Origin: an uncultured virus (IMG/VR IMGVR_UViG_3300023180_000040) | Lineage: Duplodnaviria > Heunggongvirae > Uroviricota > Caudoviricetes | Reading direction: 5' to 3' (one strand) | Length of the DNA: 64,000 bases | Virus record (IMG/VR): IMGVR_UViG_3300023180_000040 | Span: 1-64,000 of that record | In this document: positions 48,309-59,026 of the stretch, piece by piece | Numbering within the stretch: the stretch's first letter is position 1 | How the letters are laid out: each line of letters starts with the position of its first letter | Translations under genes and position numbers: made by a program | The notes under the pieces: model-generated | The model's input: only the letters and a program-made list of their open reading frames with translations | Database searches by the model: none | Told to the model about the DNA's origin: nothing

Positions 48309-50242
48309 TGGGAACTGATCTTATTGATTTCTTTTCTTTAAATCTTAAAGACAAGAAAGTTTCAATTGTAGAATTTGCTGAATCAGATGAGTACTGTAAT
48401 AAACCTCTTTATCCAAGACAAAGAGTTTTATTAAAATTAATCTTTTTAGAAGAACTTACTCCTTTTGAGGAAGATATCCTTGACGAATGGGTTTATAATA
48501 AGTCTGGCGAAGTTATGCTTTCTCCGCAGATAAGAGAAAGAGTTGGAATTCTAAGGGACCGTGGATATAATCATTTTAGAGAAGTGATGTTGATTGGAGG
48601 GCGTCGTTCTTCTAAGGGCCACATAACAGGTCTTGCCGTTGCTAAAAAGATTTATGATTTAATTAACATGGACAATCCTCAAGATAAGTATGGTATTGAC
48701 CGAGATAAAGCAATTTGGGTAACAACGATTGCTGCATCAGAAGACCAAGCAAAAAGATATCAGTTTGCAGATATCACAGGATCTATCACATCATGCGATG
48801 CATTAAAACCTTATTGGTCTAAATTTCTTGAAAAAGAAATTAGTCTCATGACTCCCGCAGATATTGAAAAAGCAAATCAATTAAAAGCAAGAAGTGCTTT
48901 TAAAAGTGAACGCGATTTGGCTTCGATTAGAATAAAACCATCGGCTGCTAACGCTTCTACTATTCGTGGAGAGGCTACAATGGTTCTTATTATGGATGAG
49001 ATGGCTCACATGATGGAAGGAATTAATAGTAAATCGGGAGCAGATGAAATCATAGAAGCAGCGCGACCCGCTCTTGACCAGTTTAAAGAAGATGCTCTTA
49101 TCTTTGAAAATTCTTCTCCATATACAAAAGTCGGTAAGTTTTATAATAATTATCTTGTTGCAATGGATATTTTGCCTGAACAAGAACAAAAGTCTTCTGA
49201 AATTTTGGACTATAGAATGATGGGTTTTCAATTTCCTTCTTGGGAATTGTATAAAGATTGGGACAAAGATCCCGAAAGAAGATTTAAAAATGCAATCGTG
49301 CTTTCTCCAGTAGAGGATGAGGCAATGGCTCTTGAAGAAGAGCGTAACCCAGAAAAGTTTTCAGTTGAACGTCGTTCCAAGTTTGCAGAAGTTGTAGATG
49401 GATTCTTAGATCCTAATAAAGTTGACGATGTGTTTAAGACTTGGAATGGAAGAACATTAAAGACAAAGCAAGATCGTTCTGGTTATGGTCCAGAAGTTCT
49501 TTTTAAGGGACATTGTGACCCTTCAACAACTACTGCTAATTTTGGTCTTGCTATTGGGCATGTTGAACATCATTTAGATGATCAGGGAAGAAATGTACCT
49601 CATGTATTTTTTGATTATATCCATGCGTGGATTCCTGCTGACTTTCCAGATCATACTATTAACTATTTGGATGTTCAAGATGAAATTCTTGAAAATATTA
49701 TTAATTTTAGACCAAAAGATTTTAGTTTCGACCAATTCCAATCAAAAGGTTTAATTCAATGGTTAAGAAAGCAGACTCGTAGAAACCAAGTTGGCGATAC
49801 TATGATTAGAGAGGTTGTCGCTACTGAAAAACTTAATTATGCTAGAGCGGAAAGATTTAAAACTGCTATCAATTTAGGTCTTGTACATGCTCCTGCTGAC
49901 TTTCCTCTTCTAGAACTTACTAAAAATGAATTAAAGTTCTTGCAGCAAAAGGGAAATCGTGTCGTAAAACAAAATGTTGGTCCTGTTACCACAAAGGATA
50001 TCGCAGACTGTTTAATGGAAGTTGTAGACTACCTAGTAGGTGATTTTATTAATCTAGAAGGTCTATCTTCGGGGATGGCGATGGGTGCTATGGGAGGTTA
50101 TACTAAAAACGCAATCGGTGCTGAAACTCCCGAATCTTTTGCTCATTTTTATTCAAAAAAGCCTAAACCTATGAGAACAAGAAGTGCAAAACAAACTCCT
50201 AGTAGGTTCGGTTACAGTAAAACCCGTCGTCCGACACTATAA
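48308..50242 (+). CDS. Terminase large subunit
   Basis: Walker A 'GGRRSSKG', Walker B 'LIMDEMAH', 'SSP', nuclease 'HCDPS', 'FDQFQS', 'KDIADC'. Confidence 0.88.
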   Translation: MGTDLIDFFSLNLKDKKVSIVEFAESDEYCNKPLYPRQRVLLKLIFLEELTPFEEDILDEWVYNKSGEVMLSPQIRERVGILRDRGYNHFREVMLIGGRRSSKGHITGLAVAKKIYDLINMDNPQDKYGIDRDKAIWVTTIAASEDQAKRYQFADITGSITSCDALKPYWSKFLEKEISLMTPADIEKANQLKARSAFKSERDLASIRIKPSAANASTIRGEATMVLIMDEMAHMMEGINSKSGADEIIEAARPALDQFKEDALIFENSSPYTKVGKFYNNYLVAMDILPEQEQKSSEILDYRMMGFQFPSWELYKDWDKDPERRFKNAIVLSPVEDEAMALEEERNPEKFSVERRSKFAEVVDGFLDPNKVDDVFKTWNGRTLKTKQDRSGYGPEVLFKGHCDPSTTTANFGLAIGHVEHHLDDQGRNVPHVFFDYIHAWIPADFPDHTINYLDVQDEILENIINFRPKDFSFDQFQSKGLIQWLRKQTRRNQVGDTMIREVVATEKLNYARAERFKTAINLGLVHAPADFPLLELTKNELKFLQQKGNRVVKQNVGPVTTKDIADCLMEVVDYLVGDFINLEGLSSGMAMGAMGGYTKNAIGAETPESFAHFYSKKPKPMRTRSAKQTPSRFGYSKTRRPTL

Positions 50243-50275
50243 TTGGTAGTAAATGCATTTATTTAAGGATTCTTA

Positions 50276-53116
50276 ATGGCTAAATACGATTTATCTAGCG
50301 CAATAAATTATGCTAGTCAATTGCCCGAAATTAGATATAGTAATATTGGTAACATTTCAAATGAAATGGTAGCAGCAGGTTTTGATCCCAAAATAGCAAA
50401 AATGGCTATAATGCTTGTATTTAAAGAAAATCCTCATATTAAAGAAAACTTAAAGTCTTCTGGGGTAAACGCACTACAAGCAGCCAAAGCCATGTATGAG
50501 GCTAATATAGATATGGGAGAAATCTTAGATAAATTACTTGAAATAGGATATCTAAGAGATGAGGCCGTAGATGCTATTAAAAATATTAATCTTGATGAAG
50601 GTGATCAAGATGTAAATAAGTTTACAGAAAAACCTCATGAAGATAATGCTTATGCTGATTATGCTGATCCCGGTTATAAATATGACGATATTCCTCCAGA
50701 GGCAATTAAAGAATTAATCAATTCTGCTGAAGAAGACAAGGCTAATATGAATCCTGAAACTTTAAGAAATATCCTTGAAAAGTTTGATGTTTCTCAAAAC
50801 TCCATATCACAACTCAATAAAGAACTTTTTGCTAAAGAAGCCGCCTCAAATGATAGTACAGAGATGATCAAAGATCTTATTATGGGCAAAGGGGACGCCT
50901 TAAACCCAGATGTTGAGGCTATTATGATGGGTGGAATGAACGGCGGCTCTCGCCCCTATGATGTTTTATTTGCTATGATCACTAATCATATGATTAGAAA
51001 CCCAGAAGATTTTGTAAAAGAAGTAATGCATATGGCGGTAGAGCCATATAATCAATCTGTTGAAGAAACACACCCTCAACATGCTATTCAAGAAAATATG
51101 ATTAATTGGCAAGAAATCTGGGAATGGATGATTGATCATGTTCAAAGATATTGGGCTTCACAAAAACAAAAGTTTGAAAATCGTCTTGTAGAGCCAGAAT
51201 TTGACGAAGAGGGTAATAAAAAACAATTTTTGTATATGGGGGCAGACCCAGAATTTTATGATCGTTACTATGAAGAGCCTTGGAGATTTTCAAGTGTAAA
51301 AACTTCAGTTGATCTATCATGGAGAGAAATTGGTTTAGCCCTACAAGATTCTGGAGTTGATAAAGATCAAATTATTACAATTCTAAAAGAAAATGGGGCT
51401 TCTGATGAAGAGGCTCATGCTGCTGCTATTCCAAGAGATGGAGCAGAAGGTGCGGGTGAAGAAGAAATGTCAGGCGCTCCAAGCGATGCCCCAGAAGATT
51501 TAGATTTGGGTGCAAGTGGAGATTTCCCATATAGTGCTGGTATGGATATAGATGGTCCGGGTGGTCTGAATGATAGTTTAGAGGGCGCTCCCGGTCCAAA
51601 CGATTTTAGCGGAACTGGTGGCGGATATATGAGTGCCCCGGGTGACACTGCTGATGGAGACTTTTTTGCTGAATCTGATTCGGATGGATTCTTTGAAGAT
51701 ATGGCAAAAGATTATGTTGCAAAAGATCCTCAAATGACTAGAGGGGATATTGTAGAAATATTAAAAAATGAAGGCGCTGATAAACAGGAGGCAGATGAAG
51801 TGGCTGACAAACTAAAGTTGGAAGATGATCCTTCCATCAGACCGGGAGTATTTGTCAGATCCAACGTCGGAGTCGGCAAGGTTTCAAATGTTTGGGAAAC
51901 CCTGTATGGCAAAATGGCAAGTGTTGTATCTGAAAATGGTTCCGAATATGAATTTATGCTTGAAGATGTAGAAGTTGTAGAGGATCAAAAAGTATCTTCT
52001 GCAAACGAAGATTTATTTATTAAGATAACCTCTCATCTAGATGGAGAGTGGTTTGATTCTTTGCAGAATTCTAAGAACCGTAATACTTACTCAGATAGAA
52101 TTAAGGAATCACGCGCTTTACTTAGCGAAATCAATAATAAACTTGCCATTACTAAAAATGTTGGCGAAGTAGGAATGCTTGTTGAAGCAAGAGATGCTAT
52201 TAATAATGAAATCCTATTTTGTCAAGCAAGCCTTTCTAATGATCAATTTATGGGCGAGCAAGAATATGTAGACTCTTTGCCGAAATACGAATTTGCCAGA
52301 GAAGCCTCCCTCGGCAGTCAAGTCGGTCCCGGTGGTGGAGAATCTATGGTTATTATTGCTGATGAGATGGAAAAAGAAGCCGCTTCAATTGATTGGAATC
52401 AGGTAGTAATTACAGATTCAATTGGGTTTGTTAATAATCTATCTACATCAATTCTTAGCGATGCTCAAGAAGTTGCTAAGATGGCATTTAATGAATTTTC
52501 ACAAAAGGTTGCTTTTGTAGAAGATGGTAAGAGACAAGATCTTATATCTGAATTTATGAAAAATGTAGAAAATGTCAGAAGAAAAGTTGTTGCAGATGTT
52601 AAGACTGCCTCTCGGGGGCCTGAAGAAGTTGCATTTATGCTTATTAATGGAATTATTAAAAGAGGAAAAGAAGTGGGATTAAATCAAGAAGAAGCCATTC
52701 AAAATGCTGTACTAAAAATTCAGTCCTTAAATCCTAAGTATAATAATATAACTTCTATTCAAGAACTTGAAAACCTTTTGCCCGGTATTAATAATTTTGC
52801 AATTGAGTCTTACGCAGGAGAAAAAAGTTTGATGGATCTTTTGAATGAATATCTTGGAGAACTTTCAGATAGTGAAATAACTCCAGAAATGGAAGCCGCA
52901 AATAGGGCTTGGGATGAAGAACACGAAAGACGACTTGAAGAAGATCCTTTATATAGAGCAGAACATGAAGAAATGGAAGAACAGTGGCGAAAAGATGATG
53001 AATTTAGAGACAGTCCAGAAGGTAAATATAAAGACTATTGGGATTCATACGAAAGATTAAATAATTCTGATTTTTATAAAAATGATGATGAAGAAGACGA
53101 AGGATGGTTACTATAA
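50276..53116 (+). CDS. Large acidic modular protein, putative internal head protein
   Basis: 946 aa between TerL and portal; [KR]x[AS] boundaries, helical repeats, SH3-like segment. Confidence 0.65.
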   Translation: MAKYDLSSAINYASQLPEIRYSNIGNISNEMVAAGFDPKIAKMAIMLVFKENPHIKENLKSSGVNALQAAKAMYEANIDMGEILDKLLEIGYLRDEAVDAIKNINLDEGDQDVNKFTEKPHEDNAYADYADPGYKYDDIPPEAIKELINSAEEDKANMNPETLRNILEKFDVSQNSISQLNKELFAKEAASNDSTEMIKDLIMGKGDALNPDVEAIMMGGMNGGSRPYDVLFAMITNHMIRNPEDFVKEVMHMAVEPYNQSVEETHPQHAIQENMINWQEIWEWMIDHVQRYWASQKQKFENRLVEPEFDEEGNKKQFLYMGADPEFYDRYYEEPWRFSSVKTSVDLSWREIGLALQDSGVDKDQIITILKENGASDEEAHAAAIPRDGAEGAGEEEMSGAPSDAPEDLDLGASGDFPYSAGMDIDGPGGLNDSLEGAPGPNDFSGTGGGYMSAPGDTADGDFFAESDSDGFFEDMAKDYVAKDPQMTRGDIVEILKNEGADKQEADEVADKLKLEDDPSIRPGVFVRSNVGVGKVSNVWETLYGKMASVVSENGSEYEFMLEDVEVVEDQKVSSANEDLFIKITSHLDGEWFDSLQNSKNRNTYSDRIKESRALLSEINNKLAITKNVGEVGMLVEARDAINNEILFCQASLSNDQFMGEQEYVDSLPKYEFAREASLGSQVGPGGGESMVIIADEMEKEAASIDWNQVVITDSIGFVNNLSTSILSDAQEVAKMAFNEFSQKVAFVEDGKRQDLISEFMKNVENVRRKVVADVKTASRGPEEVAFMLINGIIKRGKEVGLNQEEAIQNAVLKIQSLNPKYNNITSIQELENLLPGINNFAIESYAGEKSLMDLLNEYLGELSDSEITPEMEAANRAWDEEHERRLEEDPLYRAEHEEMEEQWRKDDEFRDSPEGKYKDYWDSYERLNNSDFYKNDDEEDEGWLL

Positions 53117-55530
53117 TGAGCGATTTATTTGAAAATATAGAATTGCAAATGCAAGCAGACGCAAAAGAGAAAAATCCTCGTAGTGCTATCCTTGCATCTC
53201 AGATGGAAACAGAAAAAAGGTTTGGCAACTTTATTGATGAAAATGTTAACAGAGTTAGTATTATTGAAAAGGAAATTAAAGACGTTACTGATAAGTTTGC
53301 TTATCAATATGATGTAGATCCTAAAATGGTTTACGAAGCCACTGTTTCTTACTTAACTAAAAATGCAGAGAACTTTATGCCCGAAGAAAATGAAGGACCA
53401 GTTATTGCCCCGGGTATTGAAGATTATCTTAAAGTAATGAAAGAAGCAGGATTTGAAGAGTTAGCAACAGACTGGGAACAAAAGTTATCTTCACTAGATA
53501 TGCAAAATCAAGTAGATCTTTATGGAGAGATAGTTGATTCTTTTGTTGAGGCTGTAGAATCTCGCCCTGTAACTGATATGTGGGAAAACGATCCTAATCA
53601 ATACGAAGAATGGGACAGAACTGCTTCTGCTCATAAAGATCTTTCTGATGAAGAATTGCTGAATAAAATTAAAAACCTTGTTCAACAATTAAAGAGACTT
53701 GAAGAGCCTATGGGTGAAGATCTAGAAGAACTCCATCAAGAACTTTGGGACCGCTCGGGTCACGGAGATAAGTGGAGAAATCGCAACAAGTCTTCTGAAG
53801 AAACTGATGAAGAAAATAAGGAAGAGAAGACCGCTGGTGCAGGTAATTATGCTGCTTATCAGATCAAAGGTAACGATCACTTCCTCTGTCCTCATTGCGC
53901 TCAAGAAATGACAGGAGATAATTTAGAATGGGAAGATTCTTTATCTCCAATAAGTCAAATGGAAATGTCAGACATTTCTAAATACACAGGACATTCAGGC
54001 AAGTGTGATCAATGTGGCATGGATTTGATTGATAAACAAAGAGAAGCGAGTGTAGAAAACTCGCTTCTTCCTATCGGTCAAAAATTAATTTCTATGGCAG
54101 AACAGTCTGGTCACTCTAAACTTGCAGACAAATGGGTTGAAGATTGGATGAACCCTGAAACAAGCGCAGAAGGCGCTCATGAAAAAATTGCAAGTGCTGC
54201 TAGACAACTCTGGGAAGTTCTTAAAGGAGATAGGCGTCCTGAAGTTAGAGAATTTTATAGCAATAATAAAAATGAACTAGTAGATTTAATGACAGAAGCA
54301 AACTTAATTGCTTATGAAATTAATCCTCAAAGAATCTCAACTAGAGAAGCGTCTGTTTCAAAGTTTATTGGAATTGAAGACGAGTTTATCAAAAAAGAAG
54401 CAATGCAGTTATACAGTGGTCCTATTTGGGATGAACTCAAAAGAAGATGGCAATCATATCCAGTAGGTCCAGACGGGCGCCAACCTCTTCAAGAAGTTGA
54501 AAAGTCCGTTGGTAGACCAGACCCATATCCTGCTGGAGCCAATAAGAGACAACAGTATGAAATTCCTAATCAAACATGGCATGACTATATTATGAGAAGT
54601 AATCTTTATGGACAAAAAGGTTATCCTTTGCGTTCAAAGGGAGTTGATGCAGATAGAGGGCCACTTCCTCCAAATATGAATAATAACCCAAATGTAAACA
54701 ATAATAATCCAGACGATCAAATAACACAAGATATGTCTGGTGCTGGAGGACAAGGTGACGGTAGAAATAATGATCAAATGGTAAAAGGTCTACAAGGAAA
54801 CCCGCCACCAAATCAAACAATGAATCCTAAAAGAAGAAAGAAGATGATGGAAGGTTTAACTGCCACATCCTCACTCACTCCAATTGAAGAGAAATTAATA
54901 GAGGTTTACATGAATAAAGGCTTAAATGAAAAATACGCTTCAATTATTGTAGAATCAGTAGGCGAAATGGCTCAACTTCAAGTAAGTGCGCCCGGCCTGC
55001 CTGTTGCTTCTGAAGATTCAGATAGCGTAAACATTGATAAGGAAATCGGTGGCAAAGAAGGAGATAAGTATCGCAACATTAATGTTGAAGAAACTTCAAA
55101 GGCTATCGGTGTAGAACATCAAGACCCCGGCCCTGAGTATGAAGATGTTCGTGAGTTTGTACAGCCGGGTGGCGAAGCCCCATACGCTGACAACGATGAA
55201 CGTACTGAAAAGAATAAAGATAAGTACAAGGGTGAAGCCGACCGTTCAAAGATGGATGGTAAAGGTGTTAAGCAAGAGGATAATGTCCCAAAGCAATCTT
55301 CTAGAAAAATATCAGATTCTAGCGAAGAATGGATGGACTACTACAACGAAAGATATCCAGAACTTATAGAAGAGGGGCATGGGGAAGATGATGCTCATGA
55401 TCTTGCAATAGAATATGCAGATTATATGATAGATAAGAAGCAAGGTGTCGAAGACGATTACTTCCTTGATCACCAATCTCCACAGGAAGTATACGATGAG
55501 GTCTATCGCTCTCCTTATGAAGAGCGTTAG
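53116..55530 (+). CDS. Large acidic modular protein with a zinc ribbon, putative internal head protein
   Basis: ~804 aa; 'CPHC...CDQC'; many [KR]x[AS] motifs. Confidence 0.65.
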   Translation: MSDLFENIELQMQADAKEKNPRSAILASQMETEKRFGNFIDENVNRVSIIEKEIKDVTDKFAYQYDVDPKMVYEATVSYLTKNAENFMPEENEGPVIAPGIEDYLKVMKEAGFEELATDWEQKLSSLDMQNQVDLYGEIVDSFVEAVESRPVTDMWENDPNQYEEWDRTASAHKDLSDEELLNKIKNLVQQLKRLEEPMGEDLEELHQELWDRSGHGDKWRNRNKSSEETDEENKEEKTAGAGNYAAYQIKGNDHFLCPHCAQEMTGDNLEWEDSLSPISQMEMSDISKYTGHSGKCDQCGMDLIDKQREASVENSLLPIGQKLISMAEQSGHSKLADKWVEDWMNPETSAEGAHEKIASAARQLWEVLKGDRRPEVREFYSNNKNELVDLMTEANLIAYEINPQRISTREASVSKFIGIEDEFIKKEAMQLYSGPIWDELKRRWQSYPVGPDGRQPLQEVEKSVGRPDPYPAGANKRQQYEIPNQTWHDYIMRSNLYGQKGYPLRSKGVDADRGPLPPNMNNNPNVNNNNPDDQITQDMSGAGGQGDGRNNDQMVKGLQGNPPPNQTMNPKRRKKMMEGLTATSSLTPIEEKLIEVYMNKGLNEKYASIIVESVGEMAQLQVSAPGLPVASEDSDSVNIDKEIGGKEGDKYRNINVEETSKAIGVEHQDPGPEYEDVREFVQPGGEAPYADNDERTEKNKDKYKGEADRSKMDGKGVKQEDNVPKQSSRKISDSSEEWMDYYNERYPELIEEGHGEDDAHDLAIEYADYMIDKKQGVEDDYFLDHQSPQEVYDEVYRSPYEER

Positions 55531-55556
55531 ACAAAAACTATTATATCTGATATAAT
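55528..55556 (+). promoter_or_regulatory. Sigma70/SigA-type promoter upstream of the portal gene
   Basis: TAGACA-17 bp-TATAAT with TG extension. Confidence 0.65.
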
Positions 55557-55589
55557 AAATTTGTAAACTACAGTTTGGATATAAGATAG

Positions 55590-57710
55590 ATGCCAGAATT
55601 CCCTAAATTAACTCCAGAAGAGCAAGCAAGAGTAATTAAAGAATTAGGTGGTACGCTTCCCAAGCATGATATTCGTAAGAAAATGGCTGCTTGGGAGGCT
55701 TATAACCTTGCAGGAAGTGACCCAAACGGCCCAGATGGACTCCAAGCAACAATTGGAGATATGAGGGCTAATAGAGCGCTTGCCTCTGAATTTGCTCGCA
55801 ATCGAAGAGTATCTTCTGTTCAAAAGACAGCAGCCGGTGGTGGTGATTATATTGCTGCTATCCCTCGTTTCTATGATCCTGTAGAGTATTGGGAACTTTC
55901 TGGGATTCCGTGGAATATTCAAAACGATACTCACCGTCGTAAATTGTATCAGTGGTTGCGTCTGTATTATATGACACACTACTTAGTTCCTATTCTTATT
56001 GATATTTTTACTAGATTCCCCCTAGTAGGAATTGAACTAACATCAAAAGATCCAAAACTTACTCAATGGTATGAAGATCTTTTCTTTGACCGTCTTGATT
56101 ACCAAGAGTTTCTTGTACGAATGGGTCGTGAATACTGGACCGTAGGACAGGCTTTCCCGCTAGGATCTTTTAATGATACTTTAGGTATTTGGGAAAGGGA
56201 AGAACTGATTAACCCAGAAGATGTTGTTCTTAAACAATATCCGCTTCTTGGTACTCAACAGTTTGAGATTAAGCCTCCTGAATTCTTAAGAGAACTAGCA
56301 ACAAAGAAAAGCCCTACTCAAGATTATACTACTCTTGAAAGAGATTGGCCGGAACTAATCCCTTATCTTACTAAGAATGAAAACATTCCTGTTTCTAATA
56401 TTCTTATGAAGCAAGTAGCATTTAAAATTAATGATTGGGATGTTCATGGCACTCCGCTTCTGTTAAGAGGATTGCGTACACTTATCCATGAAGAGAAGTT
56501 AATGGCTTCACAGGATGCTATTGCTGAACGTCTTTATTCTCCGCTGATTCTTGCTAAGTTGGGTGTTCAAGATATCGGTGATGGTGTGCCGTGGATGCCC
56601 GGTCCAGATGAGTGTGAAGCATTCCGTGATGATATTGATATCGCTCTTGCTTCTGATTTCCGAGTTCTTGTTCACCACTTTGGAGTAGATATTCAAAACG
56701 TATTTGGTCGTGAACAAATGCCAAATCTAGGCGAGGATTTTGATCGTATTGAGCGTAGATTGATGCAGTTGTTTGGAGTTAATCCAAGTCTACTATCTGC
56801 TGGTTCTAATTCTCAACCATACGCATCTTCAGCATTGCAGGCTGAGTTCTTAAATCAAATTCTCCGCACATACCAAAACTTCCTAAAAAGACATTTTATG
56901 GAAAGAGCAAGAGTTGTTGCTGAAGCAAATGAACATTATGACTATGAACAACGCGGAGATACTAGAGTCCCAATAATGGAAGAGCATGTTGAATATGATG
57001 AAGAAGGAAACATCATGGTTGTTGAAAGACACAAATTGCTCATTCCAGAGATTAATATGAAAGTTCTTGATCTTCGTGATGAAGCAACTCAACGTCAATT
57101 CCTTGCACAACTCAAGTCTTCTGGTGTTCCAATATCAGATCAAACATTCATGGTTGGCTTGCCCTATACATTCAAAGAAGAACTTGCTAAATTTGAAGAA
57201 GAAGCAATTGAAAAGACAGTTGCACAACAAGAAGCCAAAGTTAAGATTTACAGATTACTTAAGGCTAAGAACCTACCTATCCCTGCGGATCTATTACAAG
57301 AAATTATGGCAGCAGGACTTGATCCAAATGCTGGATTAGATCCAAATGAATTCCCCGCAATGGATCAGGGCTTGAATCAAATGGGAATGGATGCTATGAT
57401 GGGTGATATGGGTCAGGCTGGTCCTGTCTCTGGTCCTATGGGTATTGAGATGCCTCCAGAGCCGGGTGGATTACCTCCAGCAGCAGCACCTATGTCAACA
57501 ACTCCGGGTGGAATGCCAGAAATTTCTAATGAAAGAACTCCGATTCAACCTCCCGGTGGTAGATCTAGTATGAGTAAAGTCGTTGAAGAAAAAGAAGGAA
57601 GATTGGTAGAGAAGTTAAATCTACCTAAGAATTCTAAGAAAATTTCTTTAATTAGAGAAGATATAAAACCCGAAAAACCTCAAGAAGAAACTAATAACAC
57701 AAACGAGTAA
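55590..57710 (+). CDS. Portal protein
   Basis: 'LVPILIDIFTRFPL', 'EYWTVGQAF', 'GTPLLLRGLRTL', 'AIAERLYSPL'; Pro/Gly/Met-rich tail; downstream of TerL. Confidence 0.75.
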   Translation: MPEFPKLTPEEQARVIKELGGTLPKHDIRKKMAAWEAYNLAGSDPNGPDGLQATIGDMRANRALASEFARNRRVSSVQKTAAGGGDYIAAIPRFYDPVEYWELSGIPWNIQNDTHRRKLYQWLRLYYMTHYLVPILIDIFTRFPLVGIELTSKDPKLTQWYEDLFFDRLDYQEFLVRMGREYWTVGQAFPLGSFNDTLGIWEREELINPEDVVLKQYPLLGTQQFEIKPPEFLRELATKKSPTQDYTTLERDWPELIPYLTKNENIPVSNILMKQVAFKINDWDVHGTPLLLRGLRTLIHEEKLMASQDAIAERLYSPLILAKLGVQDIGDGVPWMPGPDECEAFRDDIDIALASDFRVLVHHFGVDIQNVFGREQMPNLGEDFDRIERRLMQLFGVNPSLLSAGSNSQPYASSALQAEFLNQILRTYQNFLKRHFMERARVVAEANEHYDYEQRGDTRVPIMEEHVEYDEEGNIMVVERHKLLIPEINMKVLDLRDEATQRQFLAQLKSSGVPISDQTFMVGLPYTFKEELAKFEEEAIEKTVAQQEAKVKIYRLLKAKNLPIPADLLQEIMAAGLDPNAGLDPNEFPAMDQGLNQMGMDAMMGDMGQAGPVSGPMGIEMPPEPGGLPPAAAPMSTTPGGMPEISNERTPIQPPGGRSSMSKVVEEKEGRLVEKLNLPKNSKKISLIREDIKPEKPQEETNNTNE

Positions 57711-57719
57711 GGAGTTTTA

Positions 57720-59018
57720 ATGGGTACTAATGAACCTTCAGGTGTGTCAGGTTCGCCTCTTGATGATTTCAAAGATATCATCATAGATGCTCACCTAGCC
57801 GGAATGGGAATGACTGCTATTGCGCGGCTTCTTGTTGATCGTTATGGCATTTCAACGTCAGAGCGTTCTGTTCGCAGGGCTATTGATCGTTGGGATAGTG
57901 AGATTTATACATTTGATGTAAATAAGTCTCCTATTGCTTCTGCTAATAGGCGTCTTAATAATGAAGATACAGAACAAGATCGTTTGCGTCGTGAGTTAGT
58001 TGAAGCAAACCGTGAACTGCTTAGACAGTCAACTGACATAAAGCGTTCTGTTAAACTTATTAAAGATTATGAATCAGTCTTAGATGCAGATGATCGTGTC
58101 GCTCAAAAGATAATCGGTGCTATGGAAACTAATCCTTATGAACCAATCTTTAGAGCCGGTCCTTCTCCAACAGAAGGTGATGACCCACACACGATGGTTG
58201 CGCTTATCTCCGATGCTCATTACGGAGAGACTGTAGATATGTATGACATTAGATATAACATGGATGTTTGTGAGCGTCGTATAGAGTTTCTTACTCAGAA
58301 AATTATACGTTTTCGTCAACTTAACAGTCAAGATCATCCAATCAATAAGATTGTCGCTGTGTTTCTTGGCGATATGATTAGTGGTAATATTCATGAAGAG
58401 TTGGCTGAATCAAATGAGTCTCCTGTTTCAGATCAACTAGTTCGCATGGCGCATCTGATGGTTGATGTTATTGGTTCGCTTTCTGAGAACTTTCCAGAGG
58501 TTGAGGTTATTGTTATGCCCGGTAATCACCCACGCTTAACAAAGAAGCCACGCCATAAGCGAAAGTATGATAACCTAGAATATATCATGGGTGAAATGGT
58601 TAAGGCCATTGTCCGTGATATTGATAATGTAAAAGTTATCGTACCAAAGGATTTGATTTATGTTCACGACATTGAGGGACACAAGGTTGGGTTCACTCAT
58701 GGCGATGGATATAAGTCTACAAGTTTCGCAGGCATTCCGTTTTACGGTCTTGCGAGAAAGCGGGCGGCATTCCAAGAAGGTCTTAAGAGTCTTGGAATGC
58801 CTCCCGTAGATATGCTCATGATGGGGCATTTCCACCAATTGCTTTGGTGGCCCGGTCGTGGGTGTGATCTTATTGTCAATGGTTCTATTAAGGGGCCAGA
58901 TGAGTATGCATTCGATACAATGCATGCTGGCGATGAGGCACAACAGGCGCTTATTACTATTAATCGGCGTCATGGTATTACATCTTTCGAACGTATTAAT
59001 CTCGGTTCAATTAGTTAG
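57720..59018 (+). CDS. HTH + calcineurin-like metallophosphoesterase
   Basis: 'SDAHYG', 'GDMISG', 'PGNH', 'THGD', 'GHFH'. Confidence 0.85.
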   Translation: MGTNEPSGVSGSPLDDFKDIIIDAHLAGMGMTAIARLLVDRYGISTSERSVRRAIDRWDSEIYTFDVNKSPIASANRRLNNEDTEQDRLRRELVEANRELLRQSTDIKRSVKLIKDYESVLDADDRVAQKIIGAMETNPYEPIFRAGPSPTEGDDPHTMVALISDAHYGETVDMYDIRYNMDVCERRIEFLTQKIIRFRQLNSQDHPINKIVAVFLGDMISGNIHEELAESNESPVSDQLVRMAHLMVDVIGSLSENFPEVEVIVMPGNHPRLTKKPRHKRKYDNLEYIMGEMVKAIVRDIDNVKVIVPKDLIYVHDIEGHKVGFTHGDGYKSTSFAGIPFYGLARKRAAFQEGLKSLGMPPVDMLMMGHFHQLLWWPGRGCDLIVNGSIKGPDEYAFDTMHAGDEAQQALITINRRHGITSFERINLGSIS

Positions 59019-59026
59019 GAGTTATA

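Noticed and set aside
40777..50242. Inteins or introns in dnaE, recA, terL (and nrdJ)
   Set aside because: Lengths are ordinary, motifs are contiguous, and no splice-junction or homing-endonuclease motifs were seen.
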